Position numbers and translations under genes: made by a program | Part shown: in pieces, positions 58,405-64,000 of the stretch | How the letters are laid out: every line of letters starts with the position of its first letter | How positions within the stretch are numbered: position 1 is the stretch's first letter | Assembly: GCF_006345805.1 (NCBI RefSeq) | Contig: NC_043010.1 | Location: 52,328,001-52,392,000 of the forward strand | DNA from: Octopus sinensis | Lineage: Eukaryota | Direction of reading: 5' to 3' | Length of the DNA: 64,000 nt | The notes under the pieces: generated by a model | The model's database searches: none | Seen by the model: only the letters and a program-made list of their open reading frames with translations | Told to the model about the DNA's origin: nothing

Positions 58405-58680
58405 TATTTCTTTATTGCCCACAAGGGGCTAAACATAGACGGGACAAACAAAGACAAAGGGACTAAGTCGGTTACATCGATCCCAGTGCGTAACTGGTAT
58501 TTAATTTATCGTCTGCCTCTACGTTCTGAGTTCAAATTCCGCCGAGGTCGACATTGCCTTTCAACCTTTCGGGGTTGATTAAATAAGTACCAGTTACGCA
58601 CTGGGGGTCGATATAATCGACTTAATCCGTTTGTTTGTCCCCTCTGTGTTTAGCCTCTTGTGGGTAGTAAAGAAAAAGGT
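58405..58680. mobile_element. Head-to-head inverted pair of the second SINE-like family
   Basis: 58405-58510 is the reverse complement of the 3' part of 58510-58680. Confidence 0.7.
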
Positions 58681-59186
58681 ATTTAATTTATCGACCTCGA
58701 TGACTCCGAGAGGTGTGCTGGTGATGCACAAGTTCCTGGTAGAGACTTCTGTGCTCGACGTATCAAAGGATCGAAGCTAGATTAATATGGACCATCTCTT
58801 ACCAGAGGGGGAAATGTATTTGCATAGGGCCAACACTGCTACTTAGAAAGAAAAAAAAGACAAAGCAAATTTAAAGAAGCTTCGATGATTATTCAAAACC
58901 AACAAGACATAGGAAAGGAAGGCCTTCCTTCACGAAATACCCACAAGGAAAACGGAAGAGAAGACACCTTAAAAATAGAGGTGAGATATTGAGGTAGACC
59001 TGAAAAAGTAGGGATCCAGGCAGAAAAGGCAGCGCTTGTGTCTAGAACACTCCAGAATATTCGTTGATGGCTCTCTGCTTCATATAGAGCAAAGGGCTTT
59101 AAGTAGAATACTTGGTGAGGTCAACCATGGCGTGATTTGAAACCGGAATGTTAATGGAAAGATAGCAAAAAGATTCTAGCAAGATA

Positions 59187-59731
59187 TTGGGTTGTCCGAA
59201 AAGTTCGTGCCGATTTTTAGAAAAGGATCAATAAATACTTGCCATTACCCAAGCTTTACCAGATGCTCATGAACGACGGATTTTGATAGGTTGAGGCTTT
59301 CTGCCAATTCTCGGGTTGTGCAATGTGTGTTATTCTCAATGAATGACTTGATTTGGTCATCATCTGTAGCGGATGGTCTGTCTGATCGCTCTCTATCAAT
59401 AAGGCTACAATCTCCAGCTCGAAACCTTACGAACCACTTCCGTACAGTTCTTTCGGATAAAGAAACATCACCGTAAACTGCGCATATCTCTTTGGTTATT
59501 TGTGAGGCTTTTTTCCCTTTACGGAAAAAGAAAAGCATCAAGTGCCGAAAATGAACTTTCTTATCTTCCATTTTAAAGGTTTACAGAATTAACACAGGTT
59601 ATAGGAACATAAACCTTCTTCCACGAAAAGATAGCTTAAACTGTGTTCTAAATGAAGGTGTAGTCAAATCCTATTTCATGGACTCAATCATGTTCTAAAA
59701 TAAATCGGCACGAACTTTCCGGACAACCCAA
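59187..59731 (-). mobile_element. Internally deleted mariner element retaining the HTH N-terminus (ORF 59245-59571)
   Basis: TIR TTGGGTTGTCCGAAAAGTTCGTGCCGATTT, TA TSD. FRHLMLFFF..GKKASQ..ICAVYGD..LSERTVRKWF.RFRAG. Confidence 0.92.
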
Positions 59732-60169
59732 TAATTTTGTCAAATACTATGTCCTACCTTTTCTTATGAGTTCAAAATTATCGATTTATATCTGTCCATT
59801 AACAGTAGTGTTTTAGTTTCAAAATATTGATGCATTTTATCAATTTGTTGGTATTAAAATTGTTCGTTATACTAGTAAGTCATAGTGACAGAATGGTGAC
59901 CAAATGAATCAAAGGTATCACAGGCACAAACAATTTTATCATCACCACCACCATCTAACCAATGATATCAGTGCATCTTGATAAAGTGTATCCGCACACT
60001 TCTCAAAATGCTAGACTGGTTGATGTTTGGCTGGATGCATGAAGTGTATTTCAAAGTAATCGATAAAATACAGTTTTATATGAAAATATTTTGATGGTAA
60101 ATTGTAGAATTTGATGCATGAATTATAGTAACTAAGTACACATACAAATACGCATGTGTGTGTGTGTGT

Positions 60170-60455
60170 GTGGAGGCGCAATGGCCCAGTGGTTAGGGCA
60201 GCGGACTCGCAGTTTCGATTCCCAGGCCGGACGTTGTGAGTGTTTATTGAGCGAAAACACCTAAAGCTCCACAAGGCTCCGGCAGGGGGTGGTGGTGATC
60301 CCTGCTGTACTCTTTCACCACAACTTTCTCTCTTTCTTCTGTTGGCCTGCTCGCTTAGCCAGTGGGATGGCGTCATTTGAAGGCTAAAACAATGCGAAGC
60401 GCATTGTGACCAGCGATGTGTAGCAACATCTGATAGCCTGGTCGGTCACGGTGAT
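60170..60455 (+). mobile_element. tRNA-derived SINE, third family, ending in (TA)n
   Basis: A box TGGCCCAGTGG, B box GTTTCGATTCCC. Confidence 0.7.
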
Positions 60456-60489
60456 ATATATATATATATATATATATATCATTTCCCTT

Positions 60490-61861
60490 TTGTGTTTCAG
60501 TCATTTGACTGCGGTCATGCTGGAGCACCACCTTTAGTTGAACAAATCGACCTCAGGACTTCGGTCTGTTTTGCGTAAACACACCAAAATCGGTTGTCAA
60601 GCGATGGTGGGGGCACAAACACGGACACGCACGCACACACACATATACGACGGGTCCTTTCAGTTTCCGTCTACCAAATTCACTCACAAGGCTTTGGTCG
60701 GGCCGAGGCTATAGTAGAAGACACTTGCCCAAGGTGCCACGCCGTGGGACTAAACCTAGAACCGTGTGGTTGGTAAGCAAGCTGCTTACCACACAGCCAC
60801 TCCTGCGCCCATATATATATATATATATACTCTTTGTTTCAGTCATTTGACTGTGACCATGCTGGAACACTGCCTTTAATCGAACAAATCAACCCCATCG
60901 CTAAGTTACGGAGATGTAAACACGCCATCATCGGTTATCAAGCGATGTTGGACGGGACAAACAGGCACACAAATATATACGACGGGCTTCTTTCAGTTTC
61001 CGTCTACCAAATCCACTCAGTGCTTTGGTCGGCCCGAGGCTATGGCAGAAGACACTTGCTCAAGGTGCCTCGCAATGTAACTGAACCCGGGACCATGTGG
61101 TTGGTAAGCAAGCTACTCACCACACAGCCACTCTTGCGCCTGATTTTGTGAGATATATATATATATATATATATATAATCCTTTATAATATACCTTGTAT
61201 TTAGATCTTGTAGACGGAAAGAAACCTTTTATATACATACATGTCTTCCGTTGGTTTGCGGTCACGCTGGGGCGCCGCTTTGGAGGGTTTCAGTCGAATA
61301 AATGGACCCCAGTACTTCTTGTAAACTTTGGTACTTATTCTATCGGTTTCTTTTTTTCGAACAGCAGTTTATGGGGACGCAAATAAACCAACGCCGTTTG
61401 TCAAACCCAAAGACACAATATATACATATACATGCACATCCAGTCCGGGGGCATAGTAGAAGACACTTGCTCAAGGTGTCACCCAGTGGTACTGAACCCG
61501 TGACGATGAAGTCGGGAAGAAAACATTCTACCACGCAGCCATGTGGGTTTGTTTGTAATCTTGTCTAGACATCACGTGATGATTGTAAATGGACATCGGC
61601 ATCATACAAACGAGGCTGTTCCAATCATCTGTGGAAAACAAATCTAACCAAGTGAGGGTTGTCGACAGAAAAGGCATCCGACTACAGAAAAATCTGCATT
61701 AAATTCCGTCTGACCTATGCAAGCATGGAAAAGTGGATGTTAAATAATGACGAAAGTATATATAAACGTATGCATGGGCAAGTGTCTTCTACTATAGCCT
61801 CAAGCAGACCAAAGCCTTGTGAGTGGATTTGGTAGACGGAAACTGAAAGAAGCCCGTCGTA

Positions 61862-61901
<40 letters not shown>

Positions 61902-63015
61902 TGTGTTTGTCCCCCTAGCATTGCTTGACAACCGATGCTGGTGTGTTTATGTCCCCGTTACTTAGCGGTTCGGCAAAAGAGACCGATAGAATAAGTACTG
62001 GGCTTACAAAAGAATAAGTCCTGGGGTCGAGTTGCTCGATTAAAGGTGGTGCTCCAGCATGGCCGCAGTCAAATGACTGAAACAAGTAAAAGAGAGTAAA
62101 GAGTATGCGTGTATATATATATGTGGCTAAATGGTAACAAGTCTGCTTACCAACCACATGGTTCCAAGCTAAAGTTCCACCCACTCGAACATCGCTTGAC
62201 AACCGGTGCTGGTGAGTTTACGTCCCCATAACTTAGCCTATCAGCACGAGAGACCGATAGAATAAGTACTAGACTTACAAAAGAATAAGTTTTGGTGTCG
62301 ATTTGCTCGACTAAAGGCGGTGTTCCAGCATGGCCGCAGTCATATGAATGAAACTAGTAGAAGAGTAAATAACAATGTGCTCACTATAATAGATCTCTTT
62401 TCAATCGAAGATAAACATGCTATCTATCCAACGCTATGAATGTCTTTCGGCAGTAGTGTCTTGTAGTAAGCACCTACCATAATTATTTACTTCTCGAAAA
62501 TTCCTTCGTCAGATATTAAGATTGCGCAAAAATATTCTCAAAATTTCGATTATAAAAAAAGAGTTTTCAGGAAAGGGTGTTATAGTCCTCAAAGGTAATT
62601 TCTTTTTCAACATGACTTCTTTCCCCATTTCATACTCTTTTACTTGTTTCAGTCATTTGACTGCGGCCATGCTAGAGCACCGCCTTTAGTCGAACAAATC
62701 GACCCCGGGACTTATTCTTTTTGTAAGCCCAGTACTTATTCTATAGATCTTTTGCCGAACCGCTAAGTGACGGGGACGTAAACACACCAGCATCGGTTAT
62801 CAAGCAATGCTAGGGGGACAAACACAGACACACAAACACACACATACATATATACGACAGGCTTCTTTCAGTTTCCGTCTACCAAATCCACTCACAAGGC
62901 ATTGGTCGGCCCGGGGCTATAGCAGAAGACACTTTGCCCAAGATTCCACGCAGTGGGACTGAACCGGAACCATGTGGTTGGTTAGCAAGCTACTTACCAC
63001 ACAGCCACTCCTGCG
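60490..63015. mobile_element. Dense cluster of main-family SINE copies: minus at ~60490-60810, 60830-61140, 61250-61535, 62640-63015; plus at ~61775-62105, 62185-62370
   Basis: Repeated SINE blocks in both orientations. Confidence 0.8.
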
Positions 63016-63329
63016 TCGAGATTCATGAAATATCGCACACTCCGTATTTTTTTCACATAAAATTTCGATGTGATCGTAATTTATAGCATCTGAAAAGTAT
63101 GTTTAGAACATAACATTTAAAGAAAATTCGTTTCCTTGAAAGTTATGCGGAGGTAATATCGTGGAGTTGGGTGGAGATGTATATGTAGTTATGCCAAACT
63201 GACGTAAATTAAAGCCATTTTCTTATTCAGCTTTCTATTTCTTCTACAAAACCCAACAAATATGAAAGGATATAGGAATCAACTTAAACTCGGTTGATAC
63301 TGGATTGAGCTTATAATCTGTAGAAAGTA

Positions 63330-63731
63330 GCGCTGCAAATGTTAGAGCAACTTTTATATTTCCAACAATATAAACTACCACGCAGTAAACTGAAATGTCG
63401 CATTGAATATGATTTGTAACAGAAGCGTAATAAAGAAGTTTCAAAACTGCATTTTGATAAAAACATATTAAAACTGGACTTTATAAATAATTTTCCAGAC
63501 AATCTAACCGTTTATAGTTATAGTTATCTAACCGTTTATTTGCGCTGCAAATGTTAGAGCAACTTTTATATTTCCAACAATATAAACTACCACGCAGTAA
63601 ACTGAAATGTCGCATTGAATATGATTTGTAACAGAAGCGTAATAAAGAAGTTTCAAAACTGCATTTTGATAAAAACATATTAAAACTGGACTTTATAAAT
63701 AATTTTCCAGACAATCTAACCGTTTATAGTT
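63330..63731. repeat. Tandem duplication of ~190 bp (period ~212) with a short templated junction
   Basis: GCGCTGCAAATGTTAGAGC...CTAACCGTTTATAGTT at 63330 and 63542. Confidence 0.9.
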
Positions 63732-64000
63732 GCTTTCTTTCAATAAAAGTTACATAATAACAACTTATTAATAAGTAGCTTTCTTCAGTATGGAGTAGAT
63801 TATTAACATTATTATCATTATTTAAAGGGATAAAAATGTGACAAGTCAGTCAGTCGCCCGCTGACACTCGTTGACGCTACATCGAAGAGGCCAGGGAACA
63901 GAAGAAAGAAGACATGCCCCAACACCAGAGATGAAGATACCTCCGAAAGGGGGGACCTCTCCACGTCAAAACGGTATAGGTGTAGGGGCTGAAACCGGAC

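Overview
Eukaryotic, AT-rich, repeat-dense DNA. The SINE families point to an octopod cephalopod (inference from recalled repeat sequences, not from a search). No intact host protein-coding gene can be supported. The flanks (about 1-17.4 kb and 51.3-64 kb) are ordinary, with tRNA-derived SINEs, microsatellites, MITEs (Merlin, piggyBac, pogo-like, mariner), non-autonomous Helitrons and a decayed plus-strand CR1-type LINE. The middle ~33.5 kb (about 17.7-51.2 kb) is very different. It is a tightly packed mosaic of broken coding fragments: at least five Merlin (IS1595/ISXO2-like) transposase lineages, piggyBac, Tc1, Helitron, Penelope, CR1, RTE and L1/Tx1-like LINEs. It also holds endogenous ssDNA-virus pieces (a circovirus/CRESS-type Rep and several parvovirus-like NS1 fragments) and a ~5 kb tandem array of decayed intronless ankyrin-repeat genes. 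Every coding fragment I could orient there (>30) lies on the minus strand, apart from the short inverted copy inside a Merlin TIR, and young SINEs are nearly absent. The best-fitting model is a uni-strand, flamenco-like piRNA cluster or antisense archive of transposons and viruses transcribed on the plus strand. That model is an inference and needs small-RNA data. Coordinates of degenerate fragments are approximate (about +/-20 bp), and protein assignments come from hand translation and motif recognition.
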